Source: Chiloscyllium plagiosum (taxonomy: Eukaryota). From it: a stretch of DNA of 60,401 nucleotides. The position numbers and the translations under genes were made by a program. Shown piece after piece: positions 48,980 to 60,401 of this stretch. Where the stretch lies: the NCBI RefSeq assembly GCF_004010195.1, contig NC_057759.1:4018649-4079049 (forward strand). The letters are read 5' to 3'. The notes beneath the pieces were generated by a model that was given only the letters and a program-made list of their open reading frames with translations, was not told the origin of the DNA and did no database searches. Within the stretch, counting starts at the first letter, position 1; each line of letters opens with the position of its first letter.

Positions 48980-49049
48980 CTGGAACACTAATGGCTGCAA
49001 GGATAGGATAGTAAATAGCAGGCACAAGGCCCTTTGGTATTCCGCGCAT
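48980..49049 (-). pseudogene. GPR139/GPR142-like GPCR, coding exon 1
   Basis: 'MRGIPKGLVPAIYYPILAAISVP', 70 bp, phase 1. It is followed by 'ataaat' where a 'gtaaat' donor is expected. Confidence 0.8.
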
Positions 49050-49769
49050 TTCTTCAGAAATGTGAGCTCTGCAGTTCATAGAAATATTGCAACATATAAA
49101 GTTAATGCCAAACACAAGAGAGTTTTTTTTCAGCATCAATGATTCTAATTGAAACAAACATATTTATGAATTTGCTGATAATCCGATGTTTATTGTTTTG
49201 AAAAATTACATTTTGCTTTTAAAATGTCGCACATGACGGAGGCCCATAGACCATCCCATGGCATCAGATATGCTTCATTAATATTTAATATAAGAACAAA
49301 AAACTGGCATTTGTTCAGGAGAAAATGATTGACATCAGGACCTAAGTGGTTTGAGCATAACGCATAACTGACCAGAGATCTCTGGTTCCTCAATGAAAGA
49401 CGGTCTGTGTTGACATCCGAAATGCGCACTCATTCAGGGATGTCCATGAACAGAGCTCCATTCCCGCTAGGTGACGTGAAATTTCGATGAAGACACACAA
49501 CTGCTGCGAAGTTGTGATGTCACTGAGCAAGTAATCCAAAACATTGACTTGATGTTGCTGTACTGGCATGTGTCTAAACGCCATCATGAGAAGTAGTGAA
49601 ATTTGAATTCAATAAAAATCCAAATTCGAAACGTTGATTTTTTTTAAAAAATAAATCTGATTCACTCATGTATTTCCAGGAAAGAACTTCATGTTATTTT
49701 TGTTCGGACCGTCGATTTTTACATGCAAGAAAATATAATCGAAGTTTGCATCCGTTACTCCCGTTGTGG

Positions 49770-50082
49770 ACGGCACGGTGGCACAGTGGTTAGCACTGCT
49801 GCCTCACAGCGCCAGAGAACCGGGTTCAATTCCCGCCTCAGTCACACTGACTGTGTGGAGTTTGAACGTTCTCCCCGTGTCTGCGTGGGTTTCCTCCGGG
49901 TGTTCCGGTTTCCTCCCACAGTCACAAAAATGTGCAGGTCAGGTGAATTGGCCATGCTAAATTGTCCGTAGTGTTAGGTAAGGGGTAAATGTAAGGGTAT
50001 GGGTGGGTTGCACTTCAGCGGGTCGGTGTGGACTTGTTGGGCCGAAGGGCCTGCTTCCACACTGTAATGTAATCTAATCTAA
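49770..50082 (+). mobile_element. Full-length HE1-type SINE
   Basis: 'cggcacggtggcacagtggttagcactgctgcctcacagcgccagagaaccgggttcaattccc' to 'taatctaatct'. Confidence 0.95.
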
Positions 50083-50882
50083 AAAAAACTCCCACTGTTT
50101 TGACGACGATCTAGATGAAATGCTAATTCATGACCTATACGTCTTGTTCACCTCCAATGAAAAGTGCGTCAGAATATCCAATCAACAACATGGATATTGT
50201 CTTCTTTGTTTGCAAACTGATTGTCACGGTTTCCAGCATTATAACAACGATATAATTTCAAAACTGTCTCATTAATAGCAAAGATCTATGTAGTACCGAT
50301 AGCTGTGAAAGGTGCAATGTCCTCGCGGCAACTTCTCATTCTTTCTTCCTCGATTATCATTGCCTATAAAGTAATAGTGTAACACCAGTTTACCAGCGAG
50401 CGGTACATCCTTCCCTGCCACAATCTACACCAATATTCAAATCGTTCATTCCACAAATGCTGATGGAATAACTACACTATTATTTCAAAATTTGTTAGAA
50501 AGCAAATACTTGCATAACTGCGTTAATGTCAAGTACTTTTAACAAAACAGTTTGTTGAATTTGCAGAGAAGAATGATGAGCTTTGAGTTTAATTGCTTTC
50601 AAGAAACTCCGTTTGGGAGGCAACAAAAAAATCCAGAATCTGCCTGCTACCGTCAGTACATTTTGGCCCTGACAGTAAGAGCGAATTCAGATGATTAAAC
50701 CCGTTGTTTTCTTGGTTCAGTTATTGTTTGTCCCCCCCCCCCATCATTTAAAGAAGTTGGGGGTTCTCAGTTTAATTACTGATCAAGATGTAAAAAGGCA
50801 CTATTGCAAATTGTTGTTACAGAAATATTTAATTGGAATAGAAGCCTGTTCAGAAAAAGGCATGAGCCATATCACTCACTCT

Positions 50883-51500
50883 TGTTATGGATCAGGCCAA
50901 AACACGTCAAAGCATTTCAAGTAGTAGCTTAAGCCCTAACTTTGCTCGTTGTTTTAAGCAGGCGTTGATGGATAATCCAGGAGTGATGCAACTGGCCAAA
51001 CTACTTAGTTTTAAATGAATCAGAATTTATTTGCACATTTACCGAAAGCAACACAGACACAAGAGAACAGAATATAGACTAACTCAACTATGTAAAATCT
51101 CAACAGACTATCCCAATTTATTGATGTTGTCCCAAATTCCTGCAACAATCGTCATACGTACCCCTTGGCAAGAAAGGTTAAACCAAACACAGGGTATTAC
51201 AGGAGAGTAAGGTTCAAAGCGAATCAGCATAGAACACTTTCTTCCATGTAGCAGTTTCTTCTAGATTCAAAGCTAACAAGTGACCAGCAGTTCTGAACAG
51301 TCAAATTACCAAAAATAAAATCAAAACAATACAAATCAGAGAAAAGGTGAGCTGGGAGAACTGGCGACACAACATTCATTGTTTGCTTTAAAACTGAAAA
51401 GCTTCTTCAAATAGACAAACCCAGACATTTCAGAATTTAGGCGTTTACGACCTCTTTGCAAAAGACAACCTAAAATTGTTTAAAAAGCAGCATCTTTACA
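50883..51500 (-). mobile_element. Solo LTR related to the Gmr1-like element's LTRs
   Basis: TG...CA ends. Matches the reverse complement of the 3' LTR in order: 'ggata.tcc.ggagtga', 'gttttaaa..aa.cagaatt', 'caacagactatccc', 'gctgttc'. Confidence 0.75.
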
Positions 51501-52689
51501 CAAAGAACATAGAGCATTGCATACGTACAAGATAAAAGAGTAATTGCTCCAGCTAGTCATCAAAGCAGAGCAACTTTAATTTTCAAAACAAAAACAGCTT
51601 CCCAGAAAAAGACCACATTCGAAACATTTCATCAACCGAAGCGCAAGGAAGAATGATACAAAAGTCTAAAATAATGGATTATGGCTGATGCCTCTTCCAA
51701 TTAAAGAATTTCTCTATGTGACAAAAAAGGGTTATGTATGCTCCTGGTCGGATAGTGCGGTCCACATGATTGGATATTATCACACAGTTTGCAGGGGAAA
51801 TAAAAGTTCAACTGGCACGAGGAAGTGCATATGACGCATCAAGAAAGAGGAAAAAGTGTGCGTATTAGAATAACTTACGTACGTGGGGTCCGCAAGAAAA
51901 ACAACTAAGGATCAGCTGTCATTTTATTTGATATGATGAGGTGGCCTGTTGTCATCTCATTGTAACTCGTTATAAAGATTTCCCCGCTAAAAATGTACAG
52001 ACAAACGTTCAAAACTTTACATAGTAGACATGAGGATTTATACTCAAGCAATAAAATGTGCTATTCCCTTTTGAAAACGAACTAAAAGCTATCACCAATT
52101 ACAGTGAAACTCAATTCTGGCTCATGAGTGCTCTATAATCAAGACAACCTGCCATCCTTAAGTCTTCTGCGTACAAGTCATTGCTGACCAAAGTCAATCT
52201 AATTAAAGGTAATCATCCACATGAAAAGGCTCAGGAAGGCATTGAGACGATGGGCAATTAGACATGTGAAAAAATCTTAACTTTAACAGCGACACCGACA
52301 TACTACCAGGAAGTGAGGGTAAACAGTTAGAAGGAAAGTTGATAAGAAAATTTCCATCGTCACAGAAATCGTGCATTGTGCCTTATTTTAATCAGAAATA
52401 ACTAATTCAGAGATAGTGACGTAAATTATTTAACAGCCGTTTGAATACTTAATTAGTTGCGCATTTAAAATAAAATGTAAAATATCCGGCTAATATCTGT
52501 TAAGGATACTAATTCTGTTGAGTTTTCAAAAGCAATTAGTCCCTTCCATGGCGGCATTCCTGCGAATCCAGTTTACATCATTTTACATCCCAGGCCAATG
52601 AAGTTAGATGGCGCGCAATTACCTTATCCACTTGTTTTTCCAAACAGGTAATCTGAATGGGTAACAGAAACAGCCTTAAACAGTTTTGC

Positions 52690-53845
52690 TTGAGAAAGGA
52701 TGTACTGAAACTGGAAGCTATTCAGAGGAGGTTCACTAGTGTGATTCAAGGGTTGAGGTGGTTGGTTAATGAAGACTGGCTGAGTAGACAGGGATTATAA
52801 TCATTGGAATTGAGAAGAAAAAGGTCGGATCTTATAAACATATAAAGTTATGAAGAGAATAAATAAAACAGACGTAGAGAGGGTTATTCCCACTGGCGGG
52901 TGAAGCTGGCACCAAAGGGCATAGACTCAGAACTAGGGAGAGCAGATTTAGGACTGAATTGGGAAAGAACTTCTTTGCCCAGAGGGTTGTGAATCTGTGG
53001 AATCCCTTGCCCAGTGAAGTATTTGAGACTTCCCCAGTAATGTTTTTTTTAAACTAAGATAGATACGTTTTTGAACAGTGCAGGAATTAAGGGTTATGGT
53101 GAGAGGGTGGGTAAGTGGAGCTGAGGCCATGACATGATCAGCCACGGCAATATTGAATGGAAGGGCCAGACTGCCCACTCCTGCTTCTCGTAGTGGAACC
53201 CATGGATATACTTATATTCCAGAAGTCTTTTGGCATGGATTTCACATTGATAATCATCGTTTTAAATAAGAGCTTATCACGTTCAAGTCATTTAACAGTG
53301 TGGATTGAGCATTATTGAATGTATAGGCATGAAAGTCGTCAAAACGTTTAGGATTGTCAAGAGATGATGAATAGAATACAATGCAAAGGCTTCAGTTTCA
53401 TTTTCCCAATGACTATTCACAGCTTTGATGAAGAAAGCATATGCAAAGGTGTTACACTTCGTGATGGCCCAAAACTGGGTAGGAAACCCCAGTACAAACA
53501 GGACATAAGAAATCTATGAGGTGTTACTGACAGGTTAAACAGGTTGGGAACATGCTGGGTAAGAGTTTAATGAAGGAAAACCTGTTCAACGTAGCAGGAG
53601 CAATGGAAAAGCAGCACGGAGAGAGGCTGCAAAATCCCGGAAGTACAGAAGGATTCAGGCACGTGGTAAAGTTAGCATAAAGGCACCCGCAAGGGATTAA
53701 GGCAGAAAATAAAATATTGTTTGTGGTAAGGGAGTGGAGCATAAAGTCAGATGTTTTCCTCCATTTGTCAGTGGTTTTGGGGAGACCACCAGACTTGGTC
53801 TCTTCACTTAAAAAAGGATGTAAATACATTCAAAGCAGTTCAGAT
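52690..53845 (+). mobile_element. Two old CR1 LINE fragments
   Basis: 'agaaaggatgtactg..actgga', 'cagagggttgtgaatctgtggaatcc', 'ttggtctcttcacttaaaaaaggatgta'. Confidence 0.75.
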
Positions 53846-54100
53846 TCAATTCCCGACTCAGGCGACTGACTGTGTGGAGTTTGCACATTCTCCCCGTGTC
53901 TGCGTGGGTTTCCTCCGGGTGCTCCGATTTCCTCCCACAGTCCAAAGATGTGCAGGTCAGGTGAATTGGCCATGCTAAATTGCCCGTAGTGTTAGGTAAG
54001 GGGTAAATGTAGGGGTATGGGTGGGTTTAGCTTCGGCGGGTCGGTGTGGACATGTTGGGCCGAAGGGCCTGTTTCCACACTGTAATCTAATCTAAATCTA
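53843..54100 (+). mobile_element. HE1-type SINE, 5'-truncated
   Basis: 'ttcaattcccgactcaggcgactgactgtgtggag...taatctaatctaa'. Confidence 0.92.
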
Positions 54101-54367
54101 AGAGCTGATTTACTCAATTTACAGTTGGGGACAAGGGAGTGTCGGGCTGGCCTGGCATCAGTTAGAGATCAGAAGAATCAAATGATCTGATGGGGGTGTA
54201 CAACACCCCGAGAGGACTTAACAATTTGAATATATGAATCCCTTTGCGCCAGTCACGAGAAATGAGTGGGCAGAGTCAACAAATAGGTGTCCTCTCATAT
54301 AAGGTAGGAGAGTTTTGTTTTTCTCTCCGGCGTTCCAGAGCCTTCGGAATTCACTTCTTCAGCGAGC

Positions 54368-54620
54368 AGCATGGGGTGGTGGCACTGTGGTTTGCATCGC
54401 TGTCTCATAGCATCAGCGACGCTGGTTCGATTTCAGCCTCCGGAGACTGTCTGTGGGGAGTTGGCGCACTCTTCCTCCCCCGTATCTGCGTGGGTTTTCT
54501 CTCATAATCCAAAAAATGTGCGGATTAGGGTGAATTGGCTGTAGGGTAGCAGGGTGGGGCGTTCAGTCAGTGTCACCTCGATGGGCTTATTGGCCTGCTT
54601 TCAAGCTGCAGGGGTTCTAG
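54368..54620 (+). mobile_element. Older diverged HE1-type SINE
   Basis: 'ggtggcactgtggtttgcatcgctgtctcatagc...ggttcgattt'. Confidence 0.75.
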
Positions 54621-54949
54621 ATCTGCCTGGAGTCTGTAAGTGACCAGATGACACGTGGGTGCTTTCTTCTTATACTGCTTTTATTCAAACTTGCAGAGCC
54701 ATTTCCACAGGATGGCAACAAACTCCCCTAATAATAAAATACGTCAGTTTGATATACTGCTGTGTCAAATGAAGAGCAGTTTACATAAACTAAACAATAA
54801 TATGCACTTGTTTTAAGGTTACCAACATTCAATTACAATTAATAGTTCGGGTTATTTCATTTGTCTTCACTTATCATATTCAACCAACTACAGCATCTAG
54901 GCACTTGCCCAGTAACAACATTCAATGTCTACAGAATACTTTTTGTATT

Positions 54950-55264
54950 ATTAGATTTAGATTAGATTACAGTGTGGAAACAGGCCCTTCGGCCCAACAA
55001 GCCCACACCGACCCGCCGAAGCGCAACCCACCCATACACCTACATTTACCCCTTACCTAACACTACGGGCAATTTAGCGTGGCCAATTCACCTGACCTGC
55101 ACATTTTTGGACTGTGGGAGGAAACCGGAGCACCCGGAGGAAACCCACGCAGACACGGGGAGAACGTGCAAACTCCACACAGTCAGTCGCCTGAGGCGGG
55201 AATTGAACCCGGGTCTCAGGCGCTGCGGGGCAGCAGTGCTAACCACTGTGCCACCGTGCCGCCC
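54950..55264 (-). mobile_element. Full-length HE1-type SINE
   Basis: Reverse complement of the 49770 copy, ending 'accactgtgccaccgtgccgccc'. Confidence 0.95.
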
Positions 55265-56256
55265 TATTATCTTGAACACTGACTTGTGACCTCCTCATTT
55301 TTGTCACAATTCCTATTTGTCCCACATTGTCAAGGTTTTGTTTTGTCACATGTCTTCCTGGCTTTTTCCAGTTGCATCCTATATTCTGACCTGGTCAACA
55401 TTTTCCTTTCCAAGTCTGTACTGAGAATTTCGTGAGGAACCTCAACATGTAGTGAGTGTGTGGAACCATAGTAAGTGGTCGGGGAGAAAGGCATTACAAC
55501 CAAGGGGAAGCAAGCCAACATAAACGAGTGTCACTGTCACAACACAGTGAAATTAAAACATGCAATGTCCCTCAAACTTTCTCAACTGTACCTAACCAGA
55601 CTTGACAGGACTCAAAAGTTGTAATTTAAACAAAGAATAACAATTGTAAATACTGCAACTTTACTAGGGCAAACATAAATAAGACAACCGAATTTATGAT
55701 TTCAGCCTACCGTCTCGTAGACAGAAACTTAAGTAGTAATTTAATAAATAAATAAAAACAAAGTGTTACCCATTCAATGAATAAGTTTCCAATAATGGAT
55801 TGCCAAGCCTTTCGGCAATCCTTGTGTGGTGAATTGTGTGCAGGAACATAACTCTATATCCAACTACGAAGTCATTGCTGAATGTGAATGGATGCCCCGA
55901 AGTATTTAACCATATCTTACAGCCTGGCAATCTTCCCAGGAAGAGCAAAGAATTCTTTAACTGGAAAGAATAAAATGCTAGAGTAAAACAGCCGGTCGCC
56001 AAAGCTTCTAAAATCTGCAGCAGCTGGTCAGCAGTAATTTTCTTCTATTTGTTTAAGAAGAGAAATAACATTCTTTGATAGGCTGTTTAAAAACAGTCCT
56101 CCCTTGACTGACTAACTCAACAAGCAACCAGCTGCTAGCCCTGGACAAAGCAAGACACATTGAGATGGAGAGTTTTTGATTACGGATCAAGGGTTAGAAG
56201 GAGAAAGCAGAGAGTGGGGTGGAGAAACTTACCGGCTATGATTGAATGGTGGTAGG

Positions 56257-56730
56257 GTCATAGAGTCAGGGAGATGTCCATCACAGAAACAGACCCTTGG
56301 ATACAACTCGCCCATGTCAACCAGATATCTTAAACGTACCTAGTTCCATTTGCCAGCACTTGGCCCATATCTACTTAATATTTTTCCTAAAAAATACCCA
56401 TCCAGATGCCTTTTAAGCATTGTAATTATACCAGCCTCCACCACTTCCTCTAGCAGCTGATTCCATACACGCACCACCCTCTGCATGAAAATGTTGTCCT
56501 CTAAGTCTCTTTTAAGTCTGTTCACTCTCACCGGAAGCCGATGCGCTTTGTTCTGGACACCCCCAACCATTGTCTATTTACCCTATCCATGCCCCTCATG
56601 ATTTTATAAGCTTCTTCAAAGACAACCCTCAGCATGTGACACTCCAGGGAAAACAGCCCCAGCCTATTCAATCTCTCCCTATAGCTCATATTCTCCAATC
56701 CCTGGCAATACCGTGGTAAGTCTTTTCTGA
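56257..56730 (-). mobile_element. CR1 LINE 3' end
   Basis: 'FMQRVVRVWNQLLEEVVEAG...KRHLDGY'; 'gtcatagagtca' tail. Confidence 0.88.
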
Positions 56731-56835
56731 TAGGGAAGTCAACGTTTTGGGTAGAACCATTCTTCAGTCCTGATAAATGGGTAATACTGGAAAAGCTGAC
56801 TTCTCCACCTGCAAGTGCTGCCTGGCTTGCTGTGG

Positions 56836-57113
56836 TTAGATTAGATTAGATTACTTACAGTGTGGAAACAGGCCCTTTGGCCCAACAGGTCCACACCGAC
56901 CCGCCAAAGCGCAACCCACCCAGATCCATTCCCCTAAATTTACCTTTTCACCTAACACTACGGGCAATTTAGTATGGACAATTCACCTGACCTGCACATT
57001 TTTGGATTGTGGGAGGAAACCCACGCAGACATGGGACAATGTGCAAACTCCACACAGGGAGCCGCCTGAGACGGGAATTGAACCCGGGTCTCTGGCGTTG
57101 TGAGGCAGCAGTG
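56836..57113 (-). mobile_element. HE1-type SINE nested in a PLE-derived short element (56732-57170)
   Basis: (ttaga)n tail and SINE body. The flanks 'cttgctgtg' and 'tgttctcccagcc' continue the interrupted element. Confidence 0.88.
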
Positions 57114-57321
57114 TTCTCCCAGCCTCCTACTTGCCTACTTTGGATTCCGACATCTGCAGTTTTCTTTTTGACTCAAACGAATGGCAGAGCAGACTCGATG
57201 CGCTGAATGTCATAACGTCTGCTCTGATGGTCCTGCTGTCTTAGGTTTCTGCAGATAATTTCAGTGGGAACATGGAGCCATGGGGTAAACGAGCAGCAGC
57301 GCCAACTGGAAGCAATGTGCA

Positions 57322-57738
57322 TAGAATCCCGACAGTGTGGAAATAGGCCATTCGGCCCAACAAGTCCACACTGACTCTCTGAAGATTAACCCACCCAGAA
57401 CCATTCTTCTACCCTATTACCCTACATTTACCCCTGAATGATGCATCACAACTGCACATTGCTGAACACTATGGACAATTTAGCTTGATCAATTCACCCT
57501 AACCTGTACATCTTTGGACTGTGGGAGGAAACCAGACCACCCAAAGAAAGCCACGCAGACACAGAAGGATATCATGCAAACTCCACACAGACATTCGGCC
57601 TAAGGGTGGAATCAAGCCCGTGTCCCTGTCGCTGTGAGACAGCAGTGCCAACCACTGCCCTGGAGACTTACTGGTGCAATCACACGAGGGAGAGGTCGTT
57701 CTCATGCACCGAGTGTGGGAAGAGTCACTGTGCCACCC
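57322..57738 (-). mobile_element. HE1-type SINE containing a 70-bp foreign insertion
   Basis: SINE head 'gctgtgagacagcagtgccaaccactg / tgccaccc' is split by zinc-finger sequence at 57655-57724. Confidence 0.85.
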
Positions 57739-57829
57739 CTGAGCACCGTTGGGTCCTACAGAAAACAAACACAAAAAAAAGTGCCCACCAACTCTCGCAC
57801 TGCACCCACTGTCAGAATGGACAGGAGGT

Positions 57830-58680
57830 TCAGTCCTTGGAACAACCCACAGCAGTATCACCGGTGGAATCTGATTGTTGGGAGCGGTGGTGCCCCTGTT
57901 GGTGCCTCTGCAAGTTGCAGGGCGATATTAACATGCGTCTATATTCGGGGCAGGCAAACAGCCTGTCGCTGGCGTGGACACGCCAGTGGGACAGCAGGTA
58001 GCAGGAGTGGGTGAAACCTTTCCCATACTCAGGACAGCTGAAGAACCTCTCCCCAGTGTGGAGCCGCTGGTGGATGAGCAAGTGTGAAGAGATTGTGAAG
58101 CCCCACTCACACTCAGAGCTCAAGAACAGCCTCCCCCCTTGTGGACTCACCAGTGCATCTGGAGGTGGGAGGCCTGGGTGAAGCCCTTCCTTCATCTGGA
58201 GCAGGAGAAACAGCTTCTTCTCGGTGTGGACCCGCTGGTGGGCCACCAGGTGCGTGGAATGGTTCAGGCTATTGCCGCACATAGAGTGGATGAACGGCCG
58301 CTCACTAGTGTGGACCTGCCAGTGTACTAGCAGTTGGGAGGAGTGGGAAAAGCCCTTCCTGCACATGGGGCAGGTGGACCACCAGTCCCAGTGGTGTCTG
58401 CTGGTGGGACAGCAGGTGGGAGGCTTGGGGAAAGCTCTTCCCACACTCGGTGCAGGAGAACGACCTCTCCCTCGTGTGATTGCACCAGTAAGTCTCCAGG
58501 GCAGATGGGGCATGCAAGTTGCCATACTTCCATGGTTTGTCTGCGGGGCAGCATTCCTCGGGTTTATCCATGGTAGTAGCTTCAGCCACACACAAACGCG
58601 TGTACAGGCCCTGCCCGCCATGAATTCCTGTTTCCAGGTCATATAACTGTTTCAGGCTCCACACTCAGTGCGCTGCAACA
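57830..58680 (-). pseudogene. C2H2 (Kruppel-type) zinc-finger array, frameshifted and degenerate
   Basis: 'CPMCRKGFSHSSQLLVHWQVHTSERPF', 'HLLIHQRLHTGERFFSCPEYGKGF', 'HTRERSFSCTECGKSF'. Fingers lie in several frames and many Cys/His ligands are lost. Confidence 0.88.
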
Positions 58681-59077
58681 TTTGGCTCTCTCATCCAGTC
58701 CTACTGATTCTAAAAACGTACTGAAACAGGAACCAAAATACTTTGCTCGGTCTCACAAAATCAGAGCCGAAAATTGTTGTGGTCCTGATGGATTAACATC
58801 AAATCACGGTTAGACATTGACGTGAAAGTGGGGACGACAGACCAGCGATACCCGCATCCCACAAATTAACATTTATTTTAATGTATTTGTTGGAGACAAA
58901 AGCAGTGTACTCCAGATCAAGACACAGTCTCTCCCGCGATAATTAAATCCAATGTCTCACCACACTGACAAGGTCACAATCTCCCATTTCATCTGTCTCT
59001 TTCAGAGAGAAACTCACACGGACATATTCCTTTGGTCTCACTCCAGATTTTCAACACAATGTAAATCTTGTCCTTAG

Positions 59078-59365
59078 TTTAGATTACATTACAGTGTGGA
59101 AACAGGCCCTTCGGCTCAACAAGTTCACACCGCACCGCCGAAGCGCAACCCACCCATACCCCTGCATTTACCCCTTACCTAACACTACGGGCAATTTAGC
59201 ATGGCCAATTCACCTGACCGGCACATCTTTGGACTGTGGGAGGAAACCGGAGCACCCGGAGGAAACCCACGCAGACACGGAGAGAACGTGCAAACTCCAC
59301 ACAGTCAGTCGCCTGAGGTGGGAATTGAACCCGGGTCTCTGGCGCTGTGCCACCGTGCCGCCCAC
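59078..59365 (-). mobile_element. HE1-type SINE
   Basis: Same family as 54950-55264, with a short internal deletion near the head. Confidence 0.93.
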
Positions 59366-59374
59366 GTTATGTTT

Positions 59375-59720
59375 AGAAAACATAACAATCTTGCAGGATA
59401 TACTGCAAAACTGCACGCAGTACGCAGGGATGGCCTAACCAGCACCCTATACAGCTGCAATATACCCTCCCTGCTTTTAAACTCGATCCTTTTCGCAATG
59501 AAGGTAATATTCGATTTGCCTTTTAATTACTTTTTGTCCCTGCAAACCAACCTTCTGTGATTCATGCACGAGGACATCCAGGTCCCTCTAAACAACACCA
59601 TATTGCAAATTTTTACCATTCAAGTAATAGTCCTTTTTTACTCATATTCCTACTTAAATTAACGACTTCACATTTATTAACATTGTACTCCAAATGCGAG
59701 ACTTTTGATCACTCAATTAT
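59375..59720 (-). mobile_element. Old CR1 fragment
   Basis: 'gcctaaccagcaccctatacagctgcaa', 'gattcatgcacgaggacatccaggtccctc'. Confidence 0.7.
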
Positions 59721-59834
59721 CCTATCTCAGGATGCTAAGGATGTTAGTATATCTGTAAAGACTCTTACGAATTTAAAAGATGCACCATCGTGCCTTAGTA
59801 TGACAACTGCTGTGCCGAGGATCATAATTAAAAA

Positions 59835-60185
59835 AAGACAGTTCCAAACATAGCCCAATCCATCACACAAGCCATCCTGCCATCCTCAACGTGTACTTTC
59901 CTCCCACCCCGGTTATACTCTCTTCCATCAGGCAGAAGATACAGAAGCTTAAACAGATGGATCAACAGATTCAAGAACAGATTCTTCCCTGCTGTTATTG
60001 GACTTCTGAATGGACACTTCAAATTTCAAATTTAATGTCGATCTCACCTTTTCTGCGCCCTCTCTGCAACCTTAACATTTCATTCCTCATTCTGTTCTAT
60101 CACCCTGATGCATCTTGTGTGACATAACCTGCCTGCACTTTCACTGTACTTAGGTACATACATCAATAGTAAAGCGAACCAAATG
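59835..60185 (+). mobile_element. Rex1/Babar-type LINE 3' end
   Basis: 'LPSGRRYRSL...NRFKNRFFPAVIGLLN', reconstructed across frames; tail 'ttcactgtactt.ggtaca..caata' resembles 1820-1865. Confidence 0.65.
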
Positions 60186-60401
60186 AAACTGAATGATCCA
60201 CGTTACTTGTTTTTTTTCTCAAAGTAAAACTCCCATTAAATTAGTCCCTTTCACAGAGCTATGTCAACTCTGCCTGATTGCAACTGGATTTTATAAATGT
60301 CACAATGTGCCTTCCTGCATAATTGATTGCAGCATTTTCCCTCGTGACTGATGTTGAACCAAGCAGTCTGTACATTCCTGCCTTTTGTATCCCTGTTTCC
60401 A

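Noticed and set aside
49770..49835. tRNA gene
   Set aside because: It is the tRNA-derived SINE head with A/B boxes, continuous with the SINE body.
54972..55289. Recurrent ORFs such as 'LDCGRKPEHPEETHADTGRTCKLHT'
   Set aside because: Translations of SINE copies, not genes.
55530..56110. Possible further solo LTR (also a fragment at ~22630-22920)
   Set aside because: LTR-like composition only; ends and TSD could not be established.

Overview
Eukaryotic, repeat-dominated genomic DNA. It is very probably from a shark (inferred from many HE1-type tRNA-derived SINEs and HER1/CR1-type LINEs), with three assembly gaps (9818-10317, 29283-29782, 47304-47317). I can support no intact protein-coding gene. 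Host-gene relics on the minus strand are: an Fc-receptor-like/PECAM-type Ig-superfamily exon series (two open exons, one frameshifted, one possible decayed V-type exon), a disabled GPR139/GPR142-like rhodopsin GPCR, and a C2H2 zinc-finger pseudogene. The most striking structure is a three-layer nest. A decayed Gmr1-like Ty3/Gypsy LTR retrotransposon (gag-PR-IN-RT-RH order, tRNA-Pro-like PBS, PPT) has its 5' LTR interrupted by a Penelope-like element with inverted arms and an 11-bp target-site duplication. The Penelope RT is cut just before its catalytic motif and replaced by ten apparently identical 110-bp CpG-rich units carrying promoter-like motifs and splice donors on both strands. Also present: a 2.3-kb tandem duplication with patchy divergence, a degenerate ~50-bp minisatellite, several Penelope-derived hammerhead-ribozyme motifs including compact palindromic mini-elements, a solo LTR, and a 70-bp inverted templated insertion copied from the zinc-finger sequence into a SINE. 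All calls were made by eye, and repeat boundaries are approximate unless a junction is quoted.
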